NCBI RefSeq assembly: GCF_000143415.4
Contig: NW_003314396.1
Location: 109,994 to 173,993, forward strand
Source of the DNA: Selaginella moellendorffii
Taxonomy: Eukaryota > Plantae > Lycopodiophyta
DNA length: 64,000 nucleotides
Direction: 5' to 3'
The notes beneath the pieces were generated by a model. The model saw only the letters and a list, made by a program, of their open reading frames with translations, was not told where the DNA came from and ran no database searches. Numbering within the stretch: position 1 is the stretch's first letter; each line of letters begins with the position of its first letter. Below are positions 44,975-59,320 of the stretch, one piece after another. A program made the position numbers and the translations under genes.

Positions 44975-47275
44975 GGTCAGCAAAGCATGATGACAACAAT
45001 CTTCAACAGCAACCACAATCATTACACAACTATACACTTGAAGAACTCTTCGACAATCTAGAAGAACAACCACAACCAACACAACATAACTTTAACAAGT
45101 ATGTCAACAACAACTTTGAACAACATCTTCTAGAAATTAACATGAAGTGCCTCGACACACCCACACATTGTGGCCATTATGCCATGCATCACAGCCATCA
45201 GCTTGACAAAAATACCAGGATAGAGCTCCTTTTTGATAGCTGCCGATGCACAGCTGGGACCCTAGGTCCTCTTGCATCTCTTGCTGATTTTTGTTGAGGG
45301 TTTGCAGCTCTTGAACAACATTATTGATAGTCTATACCTCAACACTGCCATCAACACCACATCAACATTAGGATTCTAGTGTTCTGCCTGCCTGTGATCA
45401 GCATATTTCAACACAATTTAGATCAAGTGACAATATGGTAAAACCTAATGTCACATAAGCCAGATGATAAAATCCTCTAGTATTTGTTCTAAGAAAGTTA
45501 CTAAGTTTCATGCCAAATTACACAATGCAACATAAAGGCAGTCCAGCACATGAAATCAAGTGACCATGAGCTGCCCAAACCAGTCTCTAGACCTAATTCC
45601 TGGAAACAATTTGTGTTTGGTTTTTCAATGCGTTTTTTTTTTTTGCTGGATCCAATTTAGTGAGTTTGAGGAGGGCAGGACAACTTACCTCCTTTTAGAA
45701 CAAATACTAGAGGGATAGTGCCTTCTCTAGTGTTAATCTTGCCCAAGGCAGTGCTAATCTCCTATGAGGTGGTATTAATCTTGCAAGAGGTGGTGTTAGA
45801 ATGTTTTAGGTGGTGGGATTTGACATCCAAATACCTTTTAAATCCATGCCATCTTACAGTAAATACTAGGGTTTGTACTTCATTGTGAGGAAGATGATGA
45901 AATAGGTGTTCTTTGGACCTCTTAAGTATGGCTAGCCTCTTCAAGAAATTTCTATAGTAACATCAAGTGTGCAAGCACAAGGCCAACATGCCAGACAAAC
46001 ATTTGATCTCTCTTCTCAGTTTTACAGTTACCTTTTATTCGCTCTTCATCAGGAATAGCTCCCTTACTATAGAGATGGTCTAGTCTAACATTCCTAAGCG
46101 GAAATGGTGAAATGGGAGCAGTGTGACAGACAGAGACAAGGAGGCACTACCCCTGTCCAGAAGCGGTATTGTGTACTCTTTTACTTGCATTTCCAGTTCC
46201 TTGGTGTTGCTGGTGGATTTGTTTTTCACATTGCTGGAGAGATTGTTACAACTCTTTACTTGCAGAATGAAGTCACATAAGCTATCGAGATTAGGGTAGT
46301 AGTAACACCTGGATAAGCTCTCAGCATTTGTCCTGATACTAATTAAATTAAAAATTAAAAATAAAGTGATAATAGATAAATAGTTACATTCAGTATCCTT
46401 CAGGTTTATCTCATTTTGCATATAAAAACATACATTAGTAAATTTATCTAGATTGCTACCACATTTATATTAAACCTCATAAACTGGCAATAGAGAGTGA
46501 TTCTCTCTACAAGATTCTCTCTACCCAAAATGTCAAAAATCCTATATTGCTAAAAATCTCTGAAAGTTAATTTGATAAATACATTAGTAATAAATTAGTC
46601 AATACTACTTATTATTCAGCAATTATATAAAAAAACATGATTATAAATATACTTCGATTTAACACATTAATATGTTCATAATTATATGATAATATTTTGT
46701 ATATGATACTTTATTTAATGTTATATAATAACTTATCAATACATAATATAACATAAGATTATTTTATTTTGTATTTACATTGTTCTATCAAGCTTAGAGT
46801 TTTTTATAAAAGTTTATTATTGCATTTTATCTTCTCTCCTTCTTCATTCTCTTGTATTATAAATTAGAATATTGAAACTAAAATTTTAAATACTATACAT
46901 TAATTATAAAATTAGATCTAACATATTAAAATAATCATGAATTACAATGAATCATGAATCATTATTGTTTTTGACATACAATTTTATACCATTATGAATA
47001 TAAAATACAAAATATTTTAAAAAATTTAAAAGAAAAAACTATAAAAAAGAACATCTGTAGAAATATGGTGTGAGTGCTTGGAATATGGAAAGGGAATACA
47101 GAAATGTGCATATAAATTAGCCCAAAAACCCTAGCTAATATATAGGAGCAAGTGGTCTAGATTGAAACTAATCCGACGGCGACTAAAATCCCACTGCGCT
47201 AATATTAGTATATGGCATCGTAGCCGTACACTTGGCCCTCACATCATCCCCTCCTCTCGGAATAATGGAAGACCA

Positions 47276-49501
47276 TTAGGGTTCTTTTGTAGATGGGCCG
47301 GGATCTGGAGGAACATCAGGAGGAGGCATCGGTGGATTTGTAGATGGTATTAACTGCTCCTGATCCCTTTGTATGAAGCGTTTCAACCGCTGCACATGCA
47401 CAATCTCTGGAGGATCGGCCTGCTGGATGTCATGCCGAACCTCATAAACTTGTGGTCCAACTTGCCGTAACACCCGATACAGTCCTTTCCACTGTGCAAG
47501 GAACCCCTTAGATAAACCACATACCGTAAGATGGGGAAAACAGACTTTGTACTCCGCAGGTGGACGATGATGGGAGTTGTAGCACCGTTGTTGTCCCACT
47601 TGTATACGGCCTAAGTGTTCGGCAGACTCCGCTCGGACAAAGGGAAGAATGCTTGTCAAATATTGATCCCATGACCTAGCATCCGTAGCTCGTGGCAATC
47701 GTGAAGGTAAACCCAACTCCATTGGTAATATTGGATCATGACCATATAGGAGTTTATGTGGTGAAGCACCAATAGAACTCTGCACCCTAATGACATATGC
47801 ATATTGAAAAGACGGCAAATAACCATCCCAATCCGAATGCTGAAAGTTCACATACTTCGCAATCATCCCCTTGAACGTCTGAACGAGCCGTTCCACCAGA
47901 CCATCTGATTGTGGATAATAAGCACTCGTGAAAGTGTGGCAAATCCCCAACCGAGACGTCAAAACATGAAATGCCTCAGCCATAAATGCGGGACCATTAT
48001 CCGAAAGAATCCGCTCTGGACAAGAATGCTGGAACACCACTCGATTGAGGAGGAAGTATCCAACAGCAGTTGCAGAGGCGCTAGCAAGAGCACCAACTTC
48101 CACCCAATGAGTCAAATAGTCAAAAGCAATAATAACAAACTCATTGCCAGCAGTTGACCGTGGAAAAGGTCCCATAAGATCAAATGCCACCAACTCAAAT
48201 GGACGGGAAACCGCAATTGACTCCAATTGTCCTTCCGCAGCCCGAGGGGGAGTATTACGAGCTTGGCACCAAACGCAACTACGCACATACAGGATAATAT
48301 CACGTCGCATCTCCGGCCAATAGAAAGACCTATGTAGCTTCTCGATTACACGACGATGTCCTATATGCCCACCTAGAACAGGAGAATCATGGTAGGCATG
48401 GAGAAACCACGGAATAAAGAGAGAAGGCACCACCAACCGTAAATGATCATTAGGATCTATCCCCACAAAATAAAGAAGGCCACCTTTAAGACGATATTGA
48501 GAATGTAAATGCCGGAAAGGCAAGTCATCAGCAAGTGATGCAGGATTCTCAAACCCATCTCGAAGCGTTTGAATCCATGGCTTAATCTTTTGAGCCTCGC
48601 GAACCTCATCAAGCGAAGGTAGATCTTGCTCTGCACTTTGTGGACACTGACGTCAAGTACAGCAACCACCGACGGCACAGAATCCTCATCTAGAAAATCC
48701 ACAGATGCTGGAACGACAGGCTCGTTAGAAACATGAGAAGAGAATGAAGAAGGAAGAGGAGCTTGAAAAAGGGCATTAGCATCAGCCATAGAATTCCCTA
48801 GGCGGTGAACAACATCAAAATCATATATCTGAAGCTTCAAAGCCCACCGAGCAGTACGACCAACTAGGTTCTTCTACTTTAATAACGAAGTAACAGCAGC
48901 ATGGTCACCTTCAAGTAACGTCCAAGAACCATGTAGATATGCATGAAGTTTCTCGAAAACCCAAACTGCTGCTAAACAATCCTTCTTTGTCGTGGAGTAG
49001 TTCATCTCCGCTGGTTGTAATGTACGGATTATATATGCAATGGGATGGCGCTGACCAGGCACACACTCAAACTCTTTGCATTAACACACCTCCAAGACCA
49101 ATGTCAGAAGCATCCACGTGCAAAATAAAAGGTCGAGTGTAGTCAGGATATGCCAAAACTGGAGGAGTTGTCAATAACATTTTGAGATCCCCAAACGCCT
49201 GCTCACAATCCGGAGACTAAATGAAAGATGATGTTGATGACTTCAGCAACGCTCGCAATGGTGCAGTGCGATTAGAAAGATGATCCACAAAACGCCCGAG
49301 ATACTGCACCTTGCTAAAGAAGTGTTGCACATCATTCACACACTTCGGAGTAGGGAACTTTAGAACAGCCATAATTTTGTCAAGATCAACTTGCAAACCC
49401 TCACGAGAAATACGATACCCAAGATAAGTTGTGTCCTTGGATCCAAACACGCACTTCGATAGCTTCAGCTTTAAACCAACGTCGTGTAGCCGATCCAACA
49501 C
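47276..49501 (-). pseudogene. Degenerate Ty3/gypsy pol (RT C-terminus, RNase H, integrase), unrelated to family A
   Basis: LKLSKCVFG...YLGY, HVDASDIG (49100-49125), HPIAY, HDSPVLGGH...CVWCQ, FDLMGP, SDNGPAF, YYPQSDGLVER, VHVQRLK. Confidence 0.9.
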
Positions 49502-49563
49502 TTTACAAACTGTATAAAAGTGAAAGAGAAAGAGAGAAAAACAAACCTACCAATGTACACTTA

Positions 49564-49812
49564 TCAAAAGATCAATAGAACAGCCTCAGTATGTACCAAG
49601 AAGAGTTGAGTATCAATGACTTTAAGATCTTGGTGCAAAATGTTGATGAAGATATAGTACATATGCTTGCAAGGAGCATATGCCTTCCCATATTCCTTGC
49701 GCTTTATAAAGTCTGAACATATGCAAGAAGGAAAATCTTGAATGGTAGTTATGTATTCTCCACCTTCTATTTTGACTATATACTCTTTTGCAAGTGCAGT
49801 GATATACTTCAT
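49564..49812 (-). pseudogene. SWIM zinc-finger fragment
   Basis: FPSCICSDF...YAPCKHMYYIF fits CxC-x(n)-CxH. Confidence 0.65.
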
Positions 49813-49931
49813 AAAGAGAATCTCACACTCAGGATTTTGGTTTAGATCTAGCTTTTTGCATTGTCTAGATCTCCCATTTCCTTCTCATTTTTTGTCATTT
49901 CTCTTCTTTTGCTCTTTCTTCGTTTGTCTTC

Positions 49932-50528
49932 ATGGCAGATCAGCAATCTCCTCCTTTGACTCTAGAGCAGCAGTTGGTCCAATTGCTTGATGTTATGCGC
50001 TTGCAATTGAACAACCAAACTCAATTGATGGCGGCATTCACGGCACGTGGTCCAACTCCTCCTGCTCTTGGTGCTAATCCTTGCGTTCGGCTGGAGTTCT
50101 TTTATGGGAATCCTGGGGATGATGTGTACCATTGGTTCGATCACTTCACGGTGATTGCCACATATCATTCTTGGGATGATGCTCGACGTTTACGTGAGTT
50201 TCCCACGTGTCTCCAAGGGACGACATTGCAGTGGTACAATGGATTGCGTGCAGCCACTCGTGAGGATTGGAGTGTTCTTCCGGACGTCTTCAAACGCGCC
50301 TTCGGACATGCTGACGATTGTGACGATGCCTTCCAGCAATTGCATCGTCTTCGCCAAGGGCCATCTGAGTCAGTGATGCAATTTGGAGTTCATTTCCGAA
50401 GTCTTTTGCTTCGTGTGGAGCCCAATATGTCGGAGCGGATCAAGCTAGGAATGTTGTGGCCAGTACTTCGTCAAGATCTTGTCGGCCTTGTGCATGCACT
50501 TGCTCCTGCCACCTTTGACGATGCTCTT
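49932..50528 (+). pseudogene. Gypsy gag-like fragment
   Basis: FYGNPGDDVYHWFDHF...LQGTTLQWY...LRQGPSESV, typical of retrotransposon capsid. Confidence 0.8.
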
Positions 50529-52499
50529 CACAGCCATACAAAGCAGCTTGAAGACACTATAATGACTAAACCTGATGCAGTACCTAAAAAATGGCCGATT
50601 GCGAATGGGGTTGTGCTCACCTCATATGAGATTGAAAACCTTGAGAAATCTGGTTTTAATCTTGAAAGAAGAGTTAGATACATAAGTGATAAAACTAGGA
50701 TTGTTCCCAAAGAGATGCAGCTGAGAGAGTGTATCTACATATCAACGACAAAACATTTGAAACAATAAAGAGCCACTCATAGTAAGTTAATAGAGGAAAT
50801 AAGAAAAAATAAAAAGAAAGAATGGAACTGCCAGTAGTTTGAAATTCTCTGGCAACAAAGTATTGTCTTTTGGGGAGGAGAACCACACAGAACTTCTTAC
50901 ACTCCTAACACAAGGAATAATTTTAGAAAAAAGATCATACTAAAGAGTTATGAATAACAAAAATCGATACCTTTGGTCTGGTGATGTGAGGAGGGCAGTA
51001 AGGATACTTCAGCCTCCTCTACTAAACCACCACAAACTTCTCAAACTGGAAGAAATGGAAACAAACAAAACCAAACTTCTTCCTTTTATATCTTTGTGTA
51101 TTTTCATCATAACTATCAATCGGGCTGGATTGAAGCTAGCAACCTTGCTCATGAGCTTCCTCTTCAATCCTTCCACCTCTGAAAGAAATTGTTTTTTACC
51201 TTCTTTCTCCAGACTTGAGTCTTCCTTCATGAAGCTTGAAAAACGTATTCCATTGCTCATGGGCGGTGACCGACACCACAAGATCTTTTTCCCTGTCCCT
51301 TGTGAGATTTTCATACCTGTCCCCTGTACCAACCTGCTCACTGACATACGTACATGTGACCGTTCATACTGGTGGAGAATTCTTGTGCAGCCTTGAGTGC
51401 ATCTCACTGGTGATGTTGCTACTGTTGCCATGATTCTTCTGACTTACCTATAGCATAAAATCAGTTCTATACTTGCCATTAATATACTACAATTAAAATA
51501 TGTGACACAAAAACATACCCCAACCAAAGAACTTACTTCAGCTCTGATAGCAAAACATAAAAAGCACTATGATTTCCTGTATCCCAAAATCATAACTGAC
51601 TTTGTCTGAAAAAACTCTGTAATCACAAAGAAAGGATGGCTGTAAACGCTGCAAACACAGAAGCATTTTGGCATCTGTAAGTGCCAGAATTGTATGAATG
51701 TGTCCACCTGCGAGAAAGAAGCTTACCATAAGTGAAGATTCAAGCCGCCATAGTATATCTTAAAAACGTATTCCACTACTCGTGGGCAATGGCCGACCCC
51801 ACAAGCTCTTTTTTCCCTGTCCCTTGTGAGATCTTCATCCCTGTACCTCGCACCAACCTGCTCACTGACCCTGACATTGCCACTACGTACATGTAAACAT
51901 TCCCAAAATACTGGTGGAGAATTTTCGCACAGCTTTGAGTGCATCTTGCTGGTGATACTGCTGCTTCTGCTGTGATTACGAATTACCTGTAACATGAAAT
52001 AGGAAATGAAAAAGGATGGCTGTAAAAGCTGCCAACACAAAAGTATTTTATCCTGTAAGCGCCAGGATCATACGAATGTGTCCACCTGTGAGAAGAAACT
52101 TATCATAAGTGAATAATCAAGCCACCATAGTGTATCTGAAACAAAAAATTTGTGTACTAAATTGAGGAAAATGGTATTTTCAAGGGGCTCACAATCTTGT
52201 TCCCAATGCTGCACAGTGATATATGAGAGTCAAACATAAAACCCTCAGATATATGAAAAGCCATAACCGTTTTAAGAGAGTGTTACATCTAAGCCATCCA
52301 TCCTAAAAATCTAAGGGTAAGAGAATATCTGTCCCCCGATGCCAATAGCACTTTTAAAAAGCACGATGATTTCCTGTATCCCAAAATTATAACTGACTTT
52401 GTCCGAAAAAAATATCCCACTCTGTAATCACAAAGAAAGGATGGCTGTAAATGCTGCAAACACATAAGCCTTTTGGTATCTGTAAGTGCCAAAATTGTA

Positions 52500-52925
52500 C
52501 GAATGTGGCACGAATTAACTGGTTTTTATTATTACAAGAATATAATCTTGAAATAATACATAAATTTGAAAAATTCTATGAACGAGTTGATTACATAAGC
52601 CACTTCACTACAAAAGAGTCACCTACAGATACTCACTTATTTGTAATCTCTATGCTTACCACTTGGTTGAAAGATATATAAATCTATCTTTCTATAGGTA
52701 CCTTTCAACCTCACTATAACTCGCCAAAAAAAGAAGAAGTTGTTTGCCTTGAAGACATGACCTTACTCTGTTATGGGGGGAGTGTCTATGTAAATTAAGC
52801 ATTAATGGAATACTAAGATTAATAGGCAAGAAGAAAAAAATGAAATCCTATGGGAAGTTCACTCAGGCCCATCAAAAGGCCATTTTGCAAACAAAATCAC
52901 TACTAAAAAAGTCTTATAAGTAGAG
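52500..52925 (+). pseudogene. Highly degenerate gypsy RNase H/integrase fragment
   Basis: ARINWFLLLQEYNLEIIHK and downstream EILWEVHSGPSKGHF. Confidence 0.6.
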
Positions 52926-52949
52926 ATATGGTGGTCTATACTTTGTGGT

Positions 52950-55900
52950 GGTCTATACTCAAGTGGGGCACCACTCCACATGAGCCAGAAGCACCACAAT
53001 CAGTTTCCCTTCGAGAGTGCGAACTACTGTTGAGCTCTTCCTTGGGTAGCCCCTCGATCTCGGACTCAACCTCAAACTCGGTCTTAGACTCGATCTTGGA
53101 CTCGATCTTGAACCTAACCTTGGACTCTATCTTGAACTCAATCTTGGACTTAGTCTTAGACCGATCTCGGATCTCAAACTCGGTCTCAAACTCCATCTCG
53201 AAGTTGGTTTCGAACTTGGACTTGGAGCTGGTCTTGGACTTGATCTCAAACTCGGTCTCATTTGATAAACTCTTTATCATTTCGGTCGTGCTTTCAGGGA
53301 TCCCTTAGCCCATGACATCTCGGGGAGTTGATTGCTTACAACTCCACCACCCATAAAAGAAGTTCGATACCCATATCAAACATCTCTTTTTAATCCTATG
53401 ACTTGTTGACTCTGGGGCATCCCCCCACTTAGTGGTTAGCCAAGAGCCAATGATAATAGAATATAGATGTCCCTATACACTATGCCCTAATATGGGGTTG
53501 GGACTTGAACCCAACCTTGCTTTACTAGGGGGTTGGGACTTGAACCCAACCTTTGTTGTAACGCACGTAGTTTTTGCCTTTTATCCTATGATGATTTACC
53601 ATAAGATAACCACAAAGTGAAACCTAAACCCTCTTTGTGCCACATGACAGATGCCATATGTCACATACCATATGTCCAAAGGACAGTGGTGTCGAACCTA
53701 AGTTTCAAGGCCTTGGCCCACTAAATGAAGGAACGGTGCCAAACTCCCAAGCATGGAGCTAAGGAGCAATGGCACTGGGGCACAGAAAAACTCTTGAGCA
53801 TATAGCCCAAGGAGTGAAGGGACAGAAACACGGAGCGACTTGAAACAGTCCTAAAGTGTCTAGCATCTTAATGCCAAGACTAGCACGTAAAATGGAGCTA
53901 AATAGAGTTTGGCACTATTTCAACATATTGGTGGCCTGACGTGAGGATATAGGTACTCTACCAACTAGCATGGTATGGAACTTGGGCTTAGACCCAAGCC
54001 GGACGCAGAACAAGGACAAGCATGCAAGCGGGAGCTAAACTATGCCTCAGGTTAGTCGGCCATGCTCGACCTACCCACTATCCCCCCATATCCCCCCCCC
54101 CCCTGAGGAACACACGCTTTGGGCTTTCACCCCAAACCTCCTTTAGTACCAGGAGTTAGTCTCTGGGACAAGCTCGAAACTTACTAAATATGGAATGTTC
54201 CTAGATTGCAAATTTGGACATGGGATGAACACCATTGTGTTCAGGCCAATCTCTACATTCCGTAGATATGCCAAATGAGCAAATCTAGACACTTTCCATA
54301 AATAGCATTTGGGACCAAAATGAGACTAACACAAAAGGCATGATAGCGAGGGTGTTTGATAGACACAATAAGCTATCATCCAGCATTATTAAGGAACTAG
54401 TTTCAATACGTGAGGGTTCTTATCAAGCCAGTGTAAGATAAAGCAAAAGAGAACTAAAAAGCCAGGCCAAATATGCTTGGCTAAATAGACACTTAGGAAT
54501 TTCATCCTTAGGCTCATCCGGCCAAGTACAAATGCAAAGTTCAGTTTACTAACACTTGAACAAGAGGGATTGATAAAGAGTCTAGCAATACCGACCTCCT
54601 ACCATCGTGGCAGTAAGGAGGACTAGCCGACGGGTAACTTTCGATACCCGAAGTCACATACGTGACACAATATAATAAAGTAGTATTATAGTATAGGAAC
54701 CACCAAGATCATTATGTGTAGAAAACATCAGATTCACCATCCAACATAATTCAATAGCCAGTGTATCATCAAATAAACTCAATGAGAAAACTTAACTACC
54801 GAAGATTATAGACAATATGTTAAACAACTTACGAAAGATAACTCAAAGAACACAAAGTATCCTTAATCGACAAGCACAATGCTTGCGAATGTATCACCCG
54901 AAGAAAATAACATTCTAATCTATCAAAACTAACTCGAGCAACAATCAATAAACCAGATTGAATGTGGTAAGACTAAGAAACACTTAGTCATGCCAACTAT
55001 TGCACTAGCCAATCTGAATAAATCCTGGTCAATAATATGAAGGAAATAGAGTCACTCAAGCAAGCGTTAGCAACATCCCATCGATGTCTTAAACCCAAGA
55101 GATCAATCCAGAGTAAACCACAAAGAATATATGGCATTGCAAAAAGCCATAAGCCATCAAAGAAAATAACTAACCATTATGAAATATCATTAATCATTCC
55201 ATTAAGGAAGATATATTTGAATTCTGTTTAACTCGGAAGTGGTGTCCACAAGAGGACTTGAAACAATCATCTTGGCCCTCGAAACTAATGCCTTCCCCAA
55301 CAACTTCTAACAAATGAAACAATAAGCATAAAAACTCAAAAAACCAAAAGCTTGAAGAAGTCTATAGCTAACTCTTGCCTAATAATGATCACAAGTCTTG
55401 CATAAATTAATTTTAATCCCAAAGAAGAAATCATGGTACAACCATTAATATCCTCCTCAACACATCCATAAGCTAAATTTCATAATGCTAAAACTAATGA
55501 AGAGCATGTTTGCATCAATCCAAAAGCCAAGCATATTAAAGTTATGCTCAACAAATAATCATGAATCCATCGATAGCAAGACGTAACTCACCTTATAACA
55601 AGCATAAGAAAAATCATCAATGATCGATATATTCCAACTCAAATCCAATAAAAATTCAACATATTCAATATTAACCACTACTCTTCTCGTAAAGCTAGCA
55701 TAGTCCATGACTACATCACTTTTCAAGGAAAAGCTCAAAACTCAACCTCTACTAAACAATCTCGTCTAGAACACAACTAACTCAAATTTGCAACTCAGTT
55801 CATTTGAACATCAATATAGTTGCTAACTAGCAAATGCACGAATGTTAATAACACAAAGCTATAGCCAAATCATCAACACTATCCTCATCAAGATTAATGA

Positions 55901-58260
55901 AACTCAATATCAATCCTAAAAAAAGACATCTCATTTCACTCAAATCTCAACATCAATAATGTCAATGACAAGCCATCACTTCAATGCCATCAACACTAAA
56001 ACAAAGCTAGAAGAAAGTAAGAGTGAATCACCACTCAAAACTCTTTAGCAGCCAAGTTAACCAAAATCAAAGATACCCTAGTTAGTATCTGAGACAAATC
56101 GTCTAACAATACTTACTTACGGATAACACCTCATCAAGGAGTGATTTACCACGTTCAAAACTCAATGAAATTCAACACTATAGACTAAATGTAACCAAAT
56201 GACATTGTCAAAGGTAGAATCGTTATGCCAACATGGAAAAACCATGCAAGTTTAACGACACGATCCTCTGTAACACCATCCGGTAAAGCAAGCCCATTAC
56301 TGCTAAATCATCATCGAGCAAAACAAGTGTCAACAATCCTTGACAAAGTTTACAAGTAATCAGTAGTCGCAAAGCAACTAACAATCACTCTTCAACTTGA
56401 ACACGACAATGACTACTTAAACCAATAGACTAATCCCTACAGTTTTGATTGATCCACTTATAATCATGCTTAGGAAGGATCCACTAGTGCCATGCTAAAC
56501 AACTACAGACCAGCCTATTTGCCACTCATAGCAAACCCAGAGGAGGTTCACTTTCACCCACGGTACATGGAAGAACTCATGGAATCACCGATAGGCTAAC
56601 ATTAATCTTGCCAACTCAAAGTGTAACTTTGAGTTGCTAATGCGCCGCACTCACAAGCCCAAGCGCAAACTCGTACAAACAGAACAACTCAATCTATCCA
56701 ACTTATGAGCTCAAGCAAAAGCTTATATATTCTAGTACGAAAGGTAACCAAAATCAATACCCAAAGAAACGATTGTGAAGCCTTTGCACCCAAATGTGTA
56801 CCGAATGGGATCATCGTTTTCATCTCTATGTATGCAACGAGACTAGTTGCCCAATCTCATTGTATAGTACTCGCTAAGATTCATTCTCTAATACCAAATG
56901 TAGCGCACGTGGTTTTTACCTTTTATCCTATGATGATTTACCATAAGATAACCACAAAGCGGAACCTAAACCCTCTTTGTGCCACGTGACAGATGCCATG
57001 TGTCACATGCCACATGTCCAAAGGACAATGGTGTGGAACCTGAGTTTCAAGGCCTTGAGCCACTAAATGAAGGAACGGTGCCAAACTCCCAAACATGGAG
57101 CCAAGGAGCAATGGCACTGGGGCACGGAACAACTCCCGAGCATATAGCCCAAAGAGCAAAGGGATAGGAACACAGAGTGACTTGGAATAGTCCTAAAGTG
57201 TCCAACATGTTAATGCCAGGACTAGCATGCAAAATGGAGCTAAATGGAGTTTGGCACTATTTCAACATATCGGTGGCCTAACACAAGGATATAAGTACTC
57301 TACCACCTAGCATGGTATGGAACTTATTTAGGTCTTATTTAGTCCTTGCAAAGCAAATCCTCAAAATACGGCTTGAGTAAGTTCACATGGAACACAAGGT
57401 GCATCTTCCCCATCTCTCGAGGAAGTCAGAGGCGGTAAGCCACTTTACCAATTCGTGTCTCAATTTCGTAAGGCCCCGCAAACCTGCTTAAGGAACTTAA
57501 GATAAGTTTATTTCTAGGAATACATGAATTTTTACTATTGGGTCAACTTCCAGCTGATCCCACTTAGTAGCCTTAGATTCTTAGTGTTCAGCCACACCTT
57601 TTCCCTAGGTTGGAACTCTATGTCCTGGCAGTTCATATACTTAGTCTACCTTTGTTAAGCTTGTTCCAAGGAATCCTTCACTAGATTTCAAATGTTGAGC
57701 ATTTCTGCCATGAATGCCTCTATTGCGGGTAACTCTCTATGATACTCGGCTATACTGAGTTCCACAGAACCTTCTATACCTCGCCCATTAATGACTTCCT
57801 ATAGTGACTTCCTATAGCTCGCCCATTGATACTCGAATGTGGTGAGTTGTTATAACATATTTTCGCAAGTCCCAAATAACTTACCCAATTGATCTAGTCT
57901 CCAGAGATATAGCATCGCAAATAATCCTCTAGCTGCCTATTCACCCTTTCTATTTATCCATATGTCAAGAAGTGTTATTGCCATCAAACTTGACTTAATA
58001 TCCAATACATGTCTGTGGGTGATAAAATGTGCTAAATTTCAACTTGGTGCAATACTGTTCTAGAAGAGTTCTCTAGAACCTATAAGTGAGGATTTTATCT
58101 CGATCTGAGATAATCTCTTCTGGCCTTCCCTGCACTTGAATCACTTGTTTGAAGAACAGCTTCACCACACCTTCCACATCCACTTCTGTTGTGGTGGGTA
58201 TAAAATGTGTTATCTTCAAAAACCGGTCCACCACCATGAATATCGCATCAAACCCCTTGC
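52950..58260 (-). mobile_element. Older diverged family A copy: partial 3' LTR (to 53340), PPT and 3' UTR (53341-53556), integrase (~57330-58260); interrupted by a family B element
   Basis: Reverse-complement similarity to 33130-33810, 32880-33129 and 31577-32500; both intron homologues present (57484-57535, 57962-58008). Confidence 0.85.
53557..57325 (-). mobile_element. Family B LTR element: LTR 53557-54667, non-coding/decayed internal region, PBS 56886-56896, truncated LTR 56899-57325
   Basis: Two direct LTR copies homologous to the solo LTR at 4118-5261; PBS TGGTATTAGAG on the minus strand; no gag/pol ORF visible. Confidence 0.8.
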
Positions 58261-58529
58261 GTGAACTTGTAGGGAAGCATAGTGGATTGTAAGCATATAA
58301 AAAAAACTTTGAGAAATAATGTATAGTGTCCAAATGTAAAAGGAAAGGGCCCATGAATAAGAGTACATCCCTTTTTTCCAATTAGTTAAGGGTCTTGGGA
58401 TATTTGGAGTTAAATGTTTTTGGTTTTGAATAGTACTTAATTGAGTGACCTCCTAGGAAGTCCAAATTCAAAAGTTTATATTTGGTATTAGGTATCCTTG
58501 CAATGGTAGCTAAGAATATATTTAATAAA

Positions 58530-59320
58530 TATTGGAACAACCCAAGGAGTTGGCATTCTCATGATGTAAAAGAATAGTTCTAAGGGGCAAAAGTAGCCCA
58601 CATGGAATAAAGGATAATTAAGTGTCAAAGTATCTTATCGATTGCAAAAGATGTCATATTGAAGTCATGAAAAGATGTTCACAAACAAAAACAACTTTTG
58701 TGAAGAGTTATATGTAAATACAATAGTGAAGTGTTAACTAATAGTTGGTATAAGAAATGACAAGTATGGTCTTGGCAAAAGACATAGACACAAGTGAAAT
58801 ATGTCATGAGGATAAGCTCTTAAAATTGATAGTGTGGAGACACTAAGTATCTCAAAGGAAGATGCTTAGAGGTTAAGTTGGCTAGTTCATATGCTAATGG
58901 AACTCCTATAGAAATGGGATTGGCATAGTCTAAGCTGGAAGGTATGGGATTCATATGTTTTAACCAAATATTGGTGGAGGTGTGGAAGCATTAATAATGA
59001 GTTATAAAATATGATAACTATAAGGTAATTAAGAAAAGGTTTAGAGTAAATGGTTGAAATAATAGGAGCTAACTTCATAATACTTCTTGTTGAGATAAGG
59101 AGGAGATTAGATACAGCCTTTATAGGATAATATGCTTATGTCACAATATAGTGAGTTAATGTCATAATAGAAAATGCTTATTGTTTGGGAAGTCCATTAT
59201 TGAAATATATAAACACTTTAAAACAACAAAGAAGTGGTGTTTGGTATCATAAAAGCATTAGATAAAGCCCTAAAAACCAATTCTCTAGAGAATAATAGAT
59301 AAAAGGTGCTATCAAGGTTA
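58530..59320 (+). repeat. Strongly decayed family C internal fragment
   Basis: Patchy reverse-complement similarity to ~14450-15510 (e.g. GGAACAACCCAAGGAGTTG, CATAGTCTAAGCTGGAAGG). Confidence 0.6.
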
